Shown piece by piece: positions 49,031 through 61,914 of a stretch of 64,000 nt of DNA. Made by a program: the position numbers and the translations under genes. Source of the DNA: Felis catus (taxonomy: Eukaryota); contig NC_058368.1 of assembly GCF_018350175.1 (NCBI RefSeq), positions 214,894,001 to 214,958,000 of the forward strand. Direction: 5' to 3'. The number at the start of each line of letters is the position of its first letter. Within the stretch, counting starts at the first letter, position 1. Below the pieces are notes generated by a model, which saw nothing but the letters and a program-made list of their open reading frames with translations, was not told the origin of the DNA and searched no databases.

Positions 49031-50569
49031 CTAGCTTCTAAGAATGGTCACTTAAGTGTTCTACTTCCACGTTTGCCGTTCTAGGGCATTCTCTGAATGG
49101 AAACCAGAGTCAAATTGTAAAATGACAAGTCTGATCACATTGCTCCCTTGTTTAACACATTTTATTGCATTGCCAATGCTCTTGGCAAAAGAGAGTCACG
49201 TTGTCTTTGTGGCTTACAGAGCTTTCTATGTTGTCTGCATTTGTCTAGCGTGAACTTTGGCATAAGCTCAGTTTACCCTGTTGCATTCTGTTATATGATA
49301 CTTATTTTTTATTACATTTGCTCTAGTTATGATTTTGTATGTATTTGGGAGATTATGTGATTGATGATTTACCTACCTTAAACGCTGAATTCCTTGAATG
49401 AAGGGGATATGTCCAGTTTTGATGATCAGTCTATTATTGGTTCAGAAAAGAACGTTTCGAGGTGCTGGAGAGAGGGGGATGATACTAGAAAGGATGTAGA
49501 GTAAAATAAAAAAGGGGCTGGTCTATGTAAATGTCTGTTTGCACGACAATAGGATCACCTACTTTGAGATAAGAGGGCTTGTCTTTTCCTTTTGACAGCA
49601 TTTCTGTGAGAATATTGGGATAGGACCAGACAAATTAATTAATGAGGAAGTATAACACGAGGGCCCATAAATAAAAGTGAGGGGAAACACAATTTGCCAA
49701 AAAATGTGCAGGCGAGGTTTTAAGATGGAATTCATAATTTTGGAGAAGGGAGATTTTGACAGCTGCTTCAAACTAACAAGACTCCAAAATAAGACTCATT
49801 TTGAGACTGTCATTTACATGCCTCTCACAATTACGACCATATAAAAAGAAGCATGTATAGCATAATAAAATACTTAAACTTGCCAAATAGAATGAGGCAG
49901 GCATGACAATCGAAACACTGCTTCCTGTGATTTTTTTTTTTCTGTATCAATGACTACCTTGGTTTTGAAGGTCAAACTGCGGAGTCTGTGGGACTGAGGA
50001 TTTTTAATATTAAAAATTTCTTTTTTTTGTGTGCGTATAGTGCTCATTTTTATTAGGCATTAGGAGGTAATGAGTTTTGAACATGAGTCAGTTTGTTGTT
50101 AAGGGATATGTGTCAGTGCCTCTTAGAACTAACACAATATAGGAATTTTAAAATTTAGTGGAAATGACAACGGAGTTATAAGATAATTCAATATCACTAG
50201 CTCAAGAGATATGTGTAAATAAGGCATTTTGCTTCTAAATTGGATGTTTTTGGATGGGATCTATTTTGAAACAATTTTAAAATAAAGAAAATATGAAAAT
50301 AGTATGAAGAATTCACGCCATTGAAGAACACAATGTGTTTTATTTTTAAATAAAGAGAATGTTCACGGTATGATAAAATGTCAGCCAGTGTCTCAAGAGA
50401 TCAAAATTCCCACAGCATTAGCCCAGCTAGTGATATTTACCAGCACTCAGCCGTCTACAAGATTCTTGGCAAATACACAGAGGTAGGGCCTGTGGCAGTG
50501 ATAACTTACACAATGTAGTCTCCTCATGACTGTTTTCTTCTTTCTTTTTTGCTATCTGTGAAGCTAATA

Positions 50570-50905
50570 TCTTTTTTCAAAAAAATTATTTGAGTATAGT
50601 TGACACACAATGTTACATTAGTTTCAGGTGTACAACATAGTGAGTCAACTTCTCTATACATTATGTTCTGTTCAATGCAAGTGTAACTACTACCATATGT
50701 CACCATATAACACATTGCAATATCATTGACTATATTCCCTGTGCTGTGCCTTTTATTGCTGACTTATTTCATAACTGGAAGCCTGTATCTCCCACTCCCC
50801 TTCACACATTTTGCCCATAATTCCACCCCCTCCTCTCTGGCAACCATCAGTTTGTTCTCTGTATTTATAGGTCTGATTCTGCTTTTTTAATTTTTTTTTT
50901 TATTT
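50570..50905 (-). mobile_element. Short L1 3'UTR fragment (carnivore/L1MA-type)
   Basis: gagtatagttgacacacaatgttacattagtttcaggtgtacaacatagtga...ggcaaccatcagtttgttctctg. Confidence 0.8.
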
Positions 50906-51439
50906 CATGACTTCAATTATAGAAGTGTTTGATTCGGTTCTTAAATTGGCCTTATTTTTATGAAATAAGACAGGTCCTGATGAAACCATAGTAAATTGAT
51001 CAGAAAGAATATGTGATGGGTGTGATGTCTGTTACACCTGTCACACTTTATTGCCATTGAGAATGCCTGATATCTTTGTTATTCTCTTGCCTATGATGAT
51101 TTTCTGTCTACAGTTATATTACCACCTAACTTGTTTGATCGGTTTGTCATGTAAATAAGAGTATGAAACTAATGTGTCAGATGATTTCTTTCTTCTGTGG
51201 AGTGGGCTATGGTTCTGGGGATAGAAATTTAAAAGGTCAGTCAAAGTTAGGCAGTTATTAAAGAAGAAAGTAAATGGAAATTGTCTTTGGGCAGTATAGA
51301 AGAATAAAAGGAACTAAGAGAAGAATGCCCTAAATTTGAAAGGTGTGATGCTGGAATTCCTTACTTCAGAGAAGTAAATAAGTATAATTTGTGCTATCAC
51401 CTCATCCGCAGCATGGTGACATTAATATCATTGCTGGTA

Positions 51440-51612
51440 TTATTCTACTTCCTGTAATAGTAACAGCAGCAGCAGCAGCAGCAGCAGGAGTAATAATAGT
51501 AATAATAGTAATTGGAATAGGAACAGTACTACTAGTTTTATTCATATCCCTAGTAGTGTTCTCGTAGTGATGTTGGTGATGTGATGGCAGAGGTGGTAAT
51601 TGGTATTACTAT
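51440..51612. repeat. Compound trinucleotide low-complexity tract including (CAG)8 at 51464-51487
   Basis: Direct reading; TAA/TAG/TGG-type triplets flank it. Confidence 0.85.
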
Positions 51613-52085
51613 TTTAGGTTCCACTTTCCTAGCTGAGAACACATAACACACTTAGAAGACGTGACTGAAGGAAGTTTAATGAAGGATTATTTATAGAGTC
51701 ATTGAAAGAAGAAATGGAACCAGCAAGGGATAATGAAGAGGCTAGTAACACTGGAAGCATCCTTGACCTGGAGCCAAGGAGGTAAGAGAACTGAGTAAGA
51801 GTTGTAACCATAGATGATGAGCCACCTAGAGGGGCCACAACTCAAGATAACTGTCATCAGCCACTTCATAGGGCAGCTCAGAAGTGGAGGCAATAAATTC
51901 CTCAATAGCTCTCTCCTTCTGTTCTCTAACATCCTGCAGTGCCTCCATGGGCAGCAACCAACAGAAAGCCAGAAAGTGGGTGCCCAGAGGAGGCATTCCA
52001 CAAGAGCAACCTCCCAGAGCATGAAACAGAGCAGAGAAGGGTATATGATGAATCTGGAGGGGCAGATGGTGAATGGCCAGATTGA
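51612..52085. mobile_element. ERVL-class LTR relic (LTR33-like)
   Basis: gaagtttaatgaaggattatttatagag and cctcccagagcatgaaacagagcagagaaggg...gaatctggaggggcaga blocks; recall only. Confidence 0.5.
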
Positions 52086-52954
52086 TAAGAACAACAACAA
52101 AACAGCAATGGTTGTACTCACTTTGCGCTTATTATGTAGCCGACACTGTTCAACATTATCTGCTCCTTAATAAAATTTATTATTCCTGATTTACAAAAGG
52201 TAACAATTTAATTAAAATGAGTTGATCATACCCCCATTTCACGTACAGGGTAGATGTAGATTGCCTTGTATAAGGATTTAAGCAACAATATCAACCTCCA
52301 TAAGCACTTACGCCAAACAATATAGAAGTTCTTTATTTTCAAATAATTTCTCTCCTTTGTGTGAATTAAGGATGATGCAAAAATGAGACAGAATTGATAG
52401 ACCCTTTATTGGGATTTAAGGCTCCATAAATCAAAGGTGGGGGCAGAAATAGTACCAAATTGAATGGAAAAGAAAGTAAAAACTTCTTAGAGACAGCAAG
52501 GTGAGTCACAGTAAGTCTTCTTACTGACTCAAGGCTCTTTTCTATATGGAAAAAAAGAGCACATACTCAAAATTGTTTCTTAATTTGCCACCAAAGTACT
52601 TTAAAACCTTGGTAATCTAAAAATGAAACAGCACATCAGAAGACAAAGGCATGACCAGCAGTGTTACATCAACACACACAATTTGAGCAGAAAACTAGTA
52701 ACATCAGTAGCACAGAGTGCTTATTTTTTCCAGAACTGTATGTATACATTAATGATATCTGTAGCCCTGGGAAAGGCATGGCCTTCTGCACTTTCTTTTG
52801 AACCCAAGGATTTATTTTTTTTCTACTTTCCTTATTCTATTTTCCTTTGGATTCAAGGTGCTAGGGAAATGAACGCTAGTGATCTGCGATGGTAACCTTA
52901 AGTGGGACTTGTCAAATTTGATTTGGTAGTTGAGAAGCCAAGAACAAAAGCAGT

Positions 52955-53060
52955 AAAATGTAGTAGAAAGAGCAGTGAACTAGAGGGCAGGTGACCTAGA
53001 CACCAGACATAACCAGTAACTAGCTTTGGGATTTAACAGTAATCTTTTCCTCTCACCATG
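52955..53060 (+). mobile_element. MIR fragment
   Basis: tgtagtagaaagagcagtgaactagagggcaggtgacctag resembles the MIR 5' region. Confidence 0.5.
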
Positions 53061-55114
53061 CTAGAAGAATTTTACCTCCAGGCGGTCCCTTCCCCTGAAT
53101 GACTTGTATTCTAAAAGTTCATTTTGTCCGTGTGCTTTCAAGAGCACAAAACACATTTTCCCATAGCAACACTCTTCTCAAGGAAGCCCACGGTGTCTTA
53201 TTTATGTGGTTTTCTTCTTGTAGCCACCTGATTGTATTTTGTGGTGTTTAGGAAGTGCCTTTTATTTTGTGTTATGCTTGGTGATGACAAGCAGGCATGG
53301 AGCTAGCTAGAATGCAATCAACTGAGCAATATACACCCATTGACGTGCATGCATGCACACACACGCAGAGAATGGGTTGTCTTTTACCAATTTTGGATAA
53401 AGGCAGACTCAGAATTGTCATCGATAAGTCAATGGCACACTTTTAGGGACATTAGGATGTGCTTTCAATCAGCATAACATACACCAATGTAACCTCCCTG
53501 TAGGTAAGGTAACATGAAAAAAAAAACAAGGATTATGCTTATTGAGGATAGCAAGAAAAGATTTTTTATGAAAACATAAAACATAAACATTTTAAAATTT
53601 TTTTTCCAAGAGCAAAATGCAGTGAAAAATATCTAAAGTATTTTTCTCACAGTCATGTCGATAACCAGGTGATTTAGTAGCTTTTTATAGACACTTAGGA
53701 AGTCAGAAAATATAGCCAGCTTAGTATGAGCCACAGATTCTTTCTACTTCCTTTCCCATGAGATTCCCCATCTGTGTACTAGCTTTGATCTGGAGTCACA
53801 AACAAAGACTATCTGTTTATTCAAGAGATCAAATGTTACTTTGGTACAGACCCTAGGGAAACTCAGAAGAGGGACATAAGCTTTGGGAGTACATTGATTT
53901 TCAAAGTGTTGATCTGAATAATCCATGACATATTTAGTTTCTTCGACTGTTAGAAGATATACACGAAGGTGATGAACTCTCAAGGCTTTGTTCTCTGAGT
54001 ATAAATCCCTTCTTTCCCTTTGCGATATTCTTCTGTATATTCACACAGAAAATACTCTAAATGGAAAAGCCTGAGTTATACATCACTTGTATTCCAAAAG
54101 CCTATAGTCTGGTAAATGTTCCTAGAGTTTCTCTGATTTTCCTGTTTTAGATTTTTAAAAACTAGATACATACTCCTTAGATAGTTGCTCATTCTTATAT
54201 GTTGTGCTTTGAGCTAATTTTCCTACTAAAATTTTTAATAGGACACACATATTTTTTAAAAAAAAGTATTTTTTACATAAGTTTCAGGTTTACAGAACAA
54301 TTGAGCATAAAGTTCAGAGAGTTCCCATAATCCCTCTTTCCCCACATAGAAAGTTTCCTTTGCTATTGGCATTTTGTATTAGTGTGATACTTTTTTTTTT
54401 TTTGGCAACTGATGAACCAATATTGATACATTATTATGAACAAAAGTCTATAGTTTGTATGAGGATTTGCTCTTTGTATTGTACAGTTCTATGAATTTTG
54501 CCAAATGCATAGTGTCATGTATCCACCATTACATTATTATATAGAGTAGTTTCACTGCCCTAATACTTCTTTGTTCTCTTACTTATTCATGCATCCTTCC
54601 CTTGCCCCAAAACTTGACAACTGCTGGTCTTTTCACTGTATCTGTAGTTTTGCCTTTTTCTAAAAAGTCACATAGTTGGAATCACAGTGTATAGCCATTT
54701 CACACTGGCTTCTTTCATTTAACGATATTTATCTAAGGTGCCTCCATGTCTTTTCATATCTTGATAGCTCATTATATCTCTGAATAATATTCCATTGTAT
54801 GGATGTACCATATATATGTTGTTTAATTAGTCACATCTTGGTAGCAATTATAAATTAACCTGCTATACACAATCTGCATGTAGGTGTTTGTGTAGACATA
54901 AGTTTACAACTCACTTGGGTAAATACCTTGGACCACTGTTGGTGAATTGTTTGATAAGACTATATGTTTGGCTCTCTAATAAATTGTCAAACTGTCTTCT
55001 AAAAGTGGCTATGCCATTTTGTACTCCCAACAAAATGAATGAGGATTTTTATTTCTCTATACCCTGGCCAACATTTGGTGTTCTCACTGTTTTGGATTTT
55101 ATTTCACATTTATA

Positions 55115-55337
55115 TATATTTTAATTTTTTAGTGTTTTTAGTTATTTTTGAGAGAGACAGACAGACAGACACACCATGAGTGGGGGAGGGGCAGAGAGGA
55201 AGACACAGAATCCGAAGCAGGCTCCAGGCTCCATGCTGTCAGCACAGAGCCTGATGTGGGGTTTAAACTCACTAACTGTGAGATCAAGACCTGAGCCCAA
55301 GTTGGACACTTAACTTACTAAGCCACCCAGGCGCCCC
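55115..55337 (-). mobile_element. CAN-SINE
   Basis: Reverse-complement SINE ending ccacccaggcgcccc. Confidence 0.92.
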
Positions 55338-55866
55338 TATTTCAAATATATTTTGCAATTTTTTTCTTCTAATCTGTGATTTGTCCTTTCATTTCCTTAA
55401 TAGTGTCATTTTGTCATTTGCAGGACAAGTTTTTATTTTAATACAGTCCCACTTAACAATTTTTTCTTTTATGAATCACCACCGTATATCTAAAAAAAAA
55501 AATCATCACCAAACTCAAGGCCACCTAGTTTTCCTTCTTTTGTAGAATTTGTATAGTTTTGCATTTACAGTAATGGGTCTACAACCCATTTTGAGTTAAA
55601 TTTTGTAAAAAAAAAAAAAAAGTAAAGTCTGTGTCTAGATGATGATGATGATGGTGGTGGTGATGGTTGGCATGTGGATGTCTACCTGCTCCAGCACAAT
55701 ATGTTGAAAAGCCCATCCTTTCTTCATTGAATTGTCTCCTGTCCTTTACCAAAGATCAGTTGACTAAATGTGTGTAAGTCTTTTTCTCTGGGCTCTCTAT
55801 TCTGTCCCATTAATTTATTTGTCCATTCTTTCACCAGTGCCACTTTGTCTTGCTTATTGTAGCTTT

Positions 55867-56074
55867 TTTTTTTTTTTCAACATTTATTTGTTTTTGGGAC
55901 AGAGAGAGACAGAGCATGAACGGGCGAGGGGCAGAGAGAGAGGGAGAATAGGAAACAGGCTCCAGGCTCTGAGCCATCAGCCCAGAGCCCGACGCGGGGC
56001 TCGAACTCACAGACCGCGAGATCGTGACCTGGCTGAAGTCGGACGTTTAACCGACTGTGCCACCCAGGCGCCCC
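55867..56074 (-). mobile_element. Young SINEC_Fc-type SINE
   Basis: CpG-retaining body, pure T run, perfect TSD ttgcttattgtagcttt (55850-55866, 56075-56091). Confidence 0.96.
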
Positions 56075-56858
56075 TTGCTTATTGTAGCTTTATAGTAAGT
56101 TTGGAGGTTGAGTAGTGACAGTCCTCAGATTTTTTTTTCATTTCTTTGATATGACTGGCTACTCTACATCTTTTGAATTTCCATATATCTTAGGAATCAG
56201 TTTGCCAATATGAACAAACATCTTGTTGAGATTTTGATTTGGATTGTGTTGAACATACACATCAACTTGGGAAGAACTGTCATCTCAAGTAATATTGAAT
56301 CTTCCTATCCATGAACATGAAATATCTCTCTATTTAGATCTTTGGGTTTTTTTTTTTTTAAATCAGGGTTTGTAGTTTTCCTCATGTAAATCGTGTACAT
56401 GTTTTGTTAGATTTATATCTAAGTAGTTATTTTGTTTTCTTTTGTTTACAAATGAAATGTACCTATTTTTAATTAGGCCTTTCATCTTTATAAGATATGC
56501 ATTGATTCAGTCTTAACAGCCTGAGGATTAAGAAAGGCATGCCTGTTTGTTTACTAGGTCTAAATAATTTAGACTGGCTGTTTTCTTTTATGTCTTGAAC
56601 CCACACTTTTATCAATCCTGCATCTGTTCAAATCTTTGTATTTACAATTTTTTTTGTGAAAAGTTAAATCTACTTAATGTACAGTGAAAAGGTCCACTTC
56701 AGTTTTGTCTTGTGACAGCGTAGGCTATTTAAAATAGGTTATTTAATAAATTAATGCATGATAGTGAAGTCTCGAACATTAAATACTTTAAAGGATTTTT
56801 ATAAAATTTACTCCTAGTGTGGTCTTTGTCATTATTTGAGATAATAAAAAGGGATGCT

Positions 56859-57070
56859 GGGGCGCCTGGGTGGCTCAGTCAGTTAAGCGTCCCTCTTCGG
56901 CTCAGGTCATGATCTTGCAGTTTGTAAGTTCGAGCCCCGTGTCGGGCTCTGTGCTGACAGCTCGGAGCCTGGAGCCTGCTTCAGATTCTGTGTCTCCCTC
57001 TCTCTCTGCCCCTCCCCTGCTCATGCTCTGTCTCTCTCTGTCTCAAAAATAAATAAAACATTAAAAAAAA
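56859..57070 (+). mobile_element. CAN-SINE (low divergence)
   Basis: Perfect TSD aataaaaagggatgct (56843-56858, 57071-57086). Confidence 0.96.
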
Positions 57071-59385
57071 AATAAAAAGGGATGCTTATCCAAATGTCCA
57101 CATTCTTGAAGTTAGGTATAAAATTAAATTATCATAGATATAGGGGGAAAAAAACCTTAAGAAATGATTGGTATTTAGAAGACTACCACTGAGATCTAGA
57201 AATGTGGAGTGATTTTTGTACCATAAAATAGAATAGAATAGATATCAGTTTTATTTACCTCTATACCATTCTCTTTCAACAATGCAGTGGTACTCTCAAA
57301 CTTTTCATACTTTCTTGTCCCTATGCTTGGAGATGATGTAGCATCATTGTAGGCCACTGGAAAGTCTCTGTAAAATAATCGTTATACTTTCTACATGATT
57401 TCTGGGTACAATTTTTACCCCCAGTGACCTTGTCCCAGAGAGGCCACGATTTATATTTGCATATATAGTTTAAAAACAAAGGTATATTCATTTAATCAAG
57501 AAGAAGTAATAAGTAGACACTGTAATTATACACTTTTTATTTTAGTATCTTTGGAGATCACAAATGGTTGCTCTTCTTAACATGTATGAAAACAATTCAT
57601 GAGGACACTGCCATATATTAAGCTTGGCTTGGAGGGCTGTCATTATTCTGTACAGATTGCTTAAACCAAATTAATTCATGGGGGCATTTGATGAGATAAA
57701 GGCATTCAGAATGTACTTAAACCAAAATATTGAGGTCTTAGACTGTTTCTCAGTGAATACAGAAGTACCTACTATTCTCATTCAAAAGAGGTCCTGATTT
57801 AGTTCTGGAGAATTGACACAGTAGAATATGCTGTGGATGCCTGTAATATTACTCCATTAGATCTGTTGTCAAAAAATTGTACTTTACATTATCTAGCTGC
57901 ACACACATTGCATAAATTGCTAGGTTTTGAGATGACTTCTCTATTTGTCTTTGTGGTGTTTCGTTATACTGTGCTAATGTAATGCACTGCTTTGTCTGCC
58001 CAGCTCTGTGTTTAAAGGTTTATTTGATCAGATTCTGGAAGAAATGCCTTGTATAACATCACGTGTGTGTTTCCCAAGTAAACTGCTTGCATTTGTACCT
58101 GCGTATTTCTTATCCACTTCCTTTTTGTATGGCATTGGCATGCTTCAGAGAAAAGACAGTTTATAGTGTATTTGATTACACAGTTAGACATAATAGTTTA
58201 GCACAATATGCTGTAATCAGGACTACTCAGAAAAGCAATTTAGTTCTGATCTTGTCAAATTAAGTGTGTATTGAATATATAACTCACCCTCACCAAAAAG
58301 AGCTATTCTGAGGCAGTAGTGAGCAAAAGACAACTATTATTTGTTGTCATTATTTTCTTTTAAATAAATGATTCGTGGAATCAGTTGAAATGTCATGGGA
58401 CTAATCTTTCAATAATCTACTTTTCTGCAAGAGTATAGATGGGGTGGTTGTGTGGATAATACTATCAAAGTAGAATGAAATAAGCTTGAAATGAAAAGGA
58501 GATGAAAGACAGATGATGTATAAAAAATATGTATTTGGTGTGAAGCCAGAAAATATATTTTAAAAAACAAAAGAAGGAAGAAAGGAAGAGTGGTCATTGA
58601 GAGGAAGACACCTTATCCTTTTCTTGTCAGTGCTGACATATAAATCACAGCCATTCCAACGTCTGGTCTCCCAATATGTGTACTCTCCACACTAGAGCTT
58701 ACTTTGAGCTTCATGCTGACTGAATCACCAGTACCTACTCTACAAACTCCAACTCACGATGAAGTAATCTGGCTGGGATTACAGGTGGCTTTTGATATTT
58801 GTGCATTTCATTGCTCGTGTGGCTTTTAATTGGGTTCCTTTTTTTCTTCAATTTTTTGTTAAAACTTTTTAATAAAGATAAAAGATTTAAACATAAAGTT
58901 TATCTGGTAGCATATTTCTGACATAATATCAGAAGTTTCTTGGGGAAGAAGAAAATAACCATGGGCTCAGGAATTTTCATAATCAAACTAAATTAATTTT
59001 GGTGATTGTCAAATTACCAAGGTCTTGGGGAAGCAGGGATTTTTATATAATGCTAAAATATGTGTGAAATGGTGTAAAGTTTATTGAGAGTAATTTATCA
59101 TTATTTACTCAAATCAAAAAATTTACCTACCTCTACCTTTTAATAAAACAGCCACATTAAATTTACTTATAAAATATACCCATAAACATTTGCTGAATAC
59201 ATGTGCAAGCATACTTATTACTAATATTGCTTAAATGCAAAACAGTAAAAATTTGATATAATAAGACCACCTATCTAGTGTAATTAGTTAAGTAAATTAT
59301 GGTACATCCTTATTCTGCTACTTTCAGTAAAAATGAGGTAGGTCAGTAAGAGCTGTTAGGAAAAATATGTAAAATATATTATTCA

Positions 59386-59585
59386 GGGGCGCCTGGGTAG
59401 CACAGTCAGTTAAGCATCTGACCCTTGATTTCAGCTCAGATTATTTCTCATGGTTCAAAGGATTGAGCCCCACATTGGGCTCTGAGCTGATAGTGCAGTG
59501 TCTGCTTGGGATTTTCTCTCCCCCTCTTTCTCTGCCTTCCGTTGCTCATGCACTCATGTGCTTTCTCTCTCAAGAATAAATAAAA

Positions 59586-59633
<48 letters not shown>
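59386..59633 (+). mobile_element. CAN-SINE with (TA)n-expanded tail (59589-59633)
   Basis: SINE body; tattattcag / tataattcag on the flanks. Confidence 0.92.
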
Positions 59634-59637
<4 letters not shown>

Positions 59638-60423
59638 CAGTGAAAAAAGGCACAATTTAGTATGAAGCATTTGGTCACTTTTATGTAATTATGTGGCACC
59701 TCTTCAAGGATGTCATGATACTATTCAAATCTGAGTTTTCATCATATGTTTCAACTTTCTCTTATATCCAGTCAAAAATTATAATATAGTATGCTAAGTT
59801 TAATCCATTTTATCCATAAATATGTAAAAGATAGATAGATAGGCAGATAGACTGACAAACATACAATGAAAGATAACATAACTGAAGAGGAAAAACCTTG
59901 AGCTATGCATAATTTACAAATTGTTTCATTAGATTGTAGAGACATAGTTGTAGGAATTGGAAAGTGTAATTAGTCTTTATGTCAAACACTCATATATGGT
60001 ATCTGTCTTATTGCAACTCAGCACATATAATTTCTGTTAATCAGTGGTGGAAACTTCTACGAAACTTTTTTTTTCTTATTCACCCAAAGAGTTTTTCTTA
60101 TTATTACAAATCAAAGTTGTCAGTAATTTTTTGTAACAAAATAAATGTTATTTTGAAAACAGTAGACTAAAAGTATAGGATAACCCACGTGGGCCCAACA
60201 GATATATCATACATCTAGAGAATAGCATAACAGTATTTAGCATTTTTATCTCAAATTATATTTATAATATAAAAGGTTTATGTTCTCTCCTAGACAGGAT
60301 GATTCTTTAGGGCAGATACATGCAGTTGTTTTGTTTGCAATTATATCAACTTGAATACTATTGACTCTCAATAAATATTTGGAGAAAGAATATTTTGATG
60401 ATTAAAACTAATGGCCTTTGTTA

Positions 60424-60650
60424 GGATGCCTGGGTGGCTGTTATTTAAGTGTCTGACTCTTGATTTCGGCCCAGGTCATGATCTCATGTTTGTGAGTTTG
60501 AGCCCTGTGTCGGGCTCCACACTGACAGGATGGAGCCTGCTTGGGATTCTCTGTCTTTTTTTTGCCCTTTCCCTGCTCATGCTCGCTCGCTCACTCTCTC
60601 TCTCTCTCCCTCAAAATAAATAAATAAAACTTAAAAAATTTTTAAAAAAT
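60424..60650 (+). mobile_element. CAN-SINE
   Basis: SINE body; TSD taatggcctttg / taatgccctttg. Confidence 0.9.
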
Positions 60651-61914
60651 AATGCCCTTTGCAATTGAAGGACAAATATCTCTGAGTGATCAACTATTAG
60701 TTCATATTTTAGAATCTCTTCCCTAATGTAAAAACACAACAAACTTATTTATTCAACTGTTTAAAATAAATTGTGTTGCTTATGTTGTTGAAACATAATT
60801 TATTCTATTTATTGCTCCACTTTATCACAGGGGACTCCTTCAAAATTGACTCGTTGGAGCTACCTCAACCCTATTGAATGTAAATACCTTTCATTTTTAT
60901 CATTTTTTGAAAAGCATCTGTTGCTGTGTGTAACGGTATGCAAGTCATTGCATAGCCTAGGGAAACCTCCATATGATTCCTGTCCTTAGTTCTATACAGA
61001 CACCTGCACATCTATTTTTATGAAAGTAAATGGCATTCTGCTTTCTTTGGCAAATATGTGTATTCACTGTTTACACGGAGACTTCCATGGATCCTACCAT
61101 GAGTTTCTTCAGCTCCCACCTAGGAGGGAGAGGACTGAATCACTGGCAAGCAATAACGTTCTATCAATTGCGCTTTACTTTCTCACCATCAGCCTTTCCG
61201 CAGTAAGCTATTTTTTTGAGAGCAAGTTGGACTATTTTTGAAGCTGCATAAACTATTTTAGGGGACAAGGGGACCATTTGGTGCACTGAAGTAGTAATTT
61301 GCTAGTGGCCTAAAAGAATTAATGAAGCTTTCAAAGGCATATGACAGACTTGAAAGGATTATGCACCAAAAAAATTGTTTTAACATAAATGAAAACATCA
61401 ACTACAAAAGACATATGGTCTGTTCAGAAGATGCAAATTAGAAAAAAAAAATCAATGGATAAAAAAGACTTGGGAAGAAATGAAAACCCAGGAAACAAAT
61501 TTATAAAGACAAGCAAAATTTTAACATAATTTATATAACATGATATGATATAGTATGATATAACATATAATACCATAAATATTAAATCCACAGTCAAAAG
61601 TCTTTGACATATGTGATGAAATGTGTGACATAAATCATTTAAACCTGTTATAAAGTTTCAATGATTTTTACATTACAAATTTCAGAAATCATCATGGAAG
61701 ACTGTCATTTTTAATACCATATAGACATATAGCTATGTGATATAAAGTATGGCATGTAAAATTATGTATGCAAGATATTTTTCCTAAATAAATAGATTCA
61801 TTTTGTCAATAGACAAGTTAATATTATTTGAAAGATGTCAAAATGCATGAAAAGAAAGATTCTCTATAGAGATATTATTTCTAGTATATTAAGAAGATTA
61901 TTCCTGCTTAAGTA

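Larger units (their letters stand above)
54250..56460 (-). mobile_element. Ancient L1MB/L1MC-type 3' fragment with two SINE insertions
   Basis: Antisense 3'UTR and ORF2 blocks (tgaataatattccattgtatggatgtacca; ccagcacaatatgttgaaaag; cttcctatccatgaacatg). Confidence 0.8.

Noticed and set aside
51464..51487. (CAG)8 as a polyglutamine exon
   Set aside because: Embedded in TAA/TAG-rich low-complexity sequence with stops; no exon context.
51820..51838. CTCF-like gccacctagaggggccac
   Set aside because: Needs a gap to fit the core motif.
51699..52170. Overlapping 140-aa and 118-aa ORFs
   Set aside because: Lie in a probable LTR relic; no recognisable domain.
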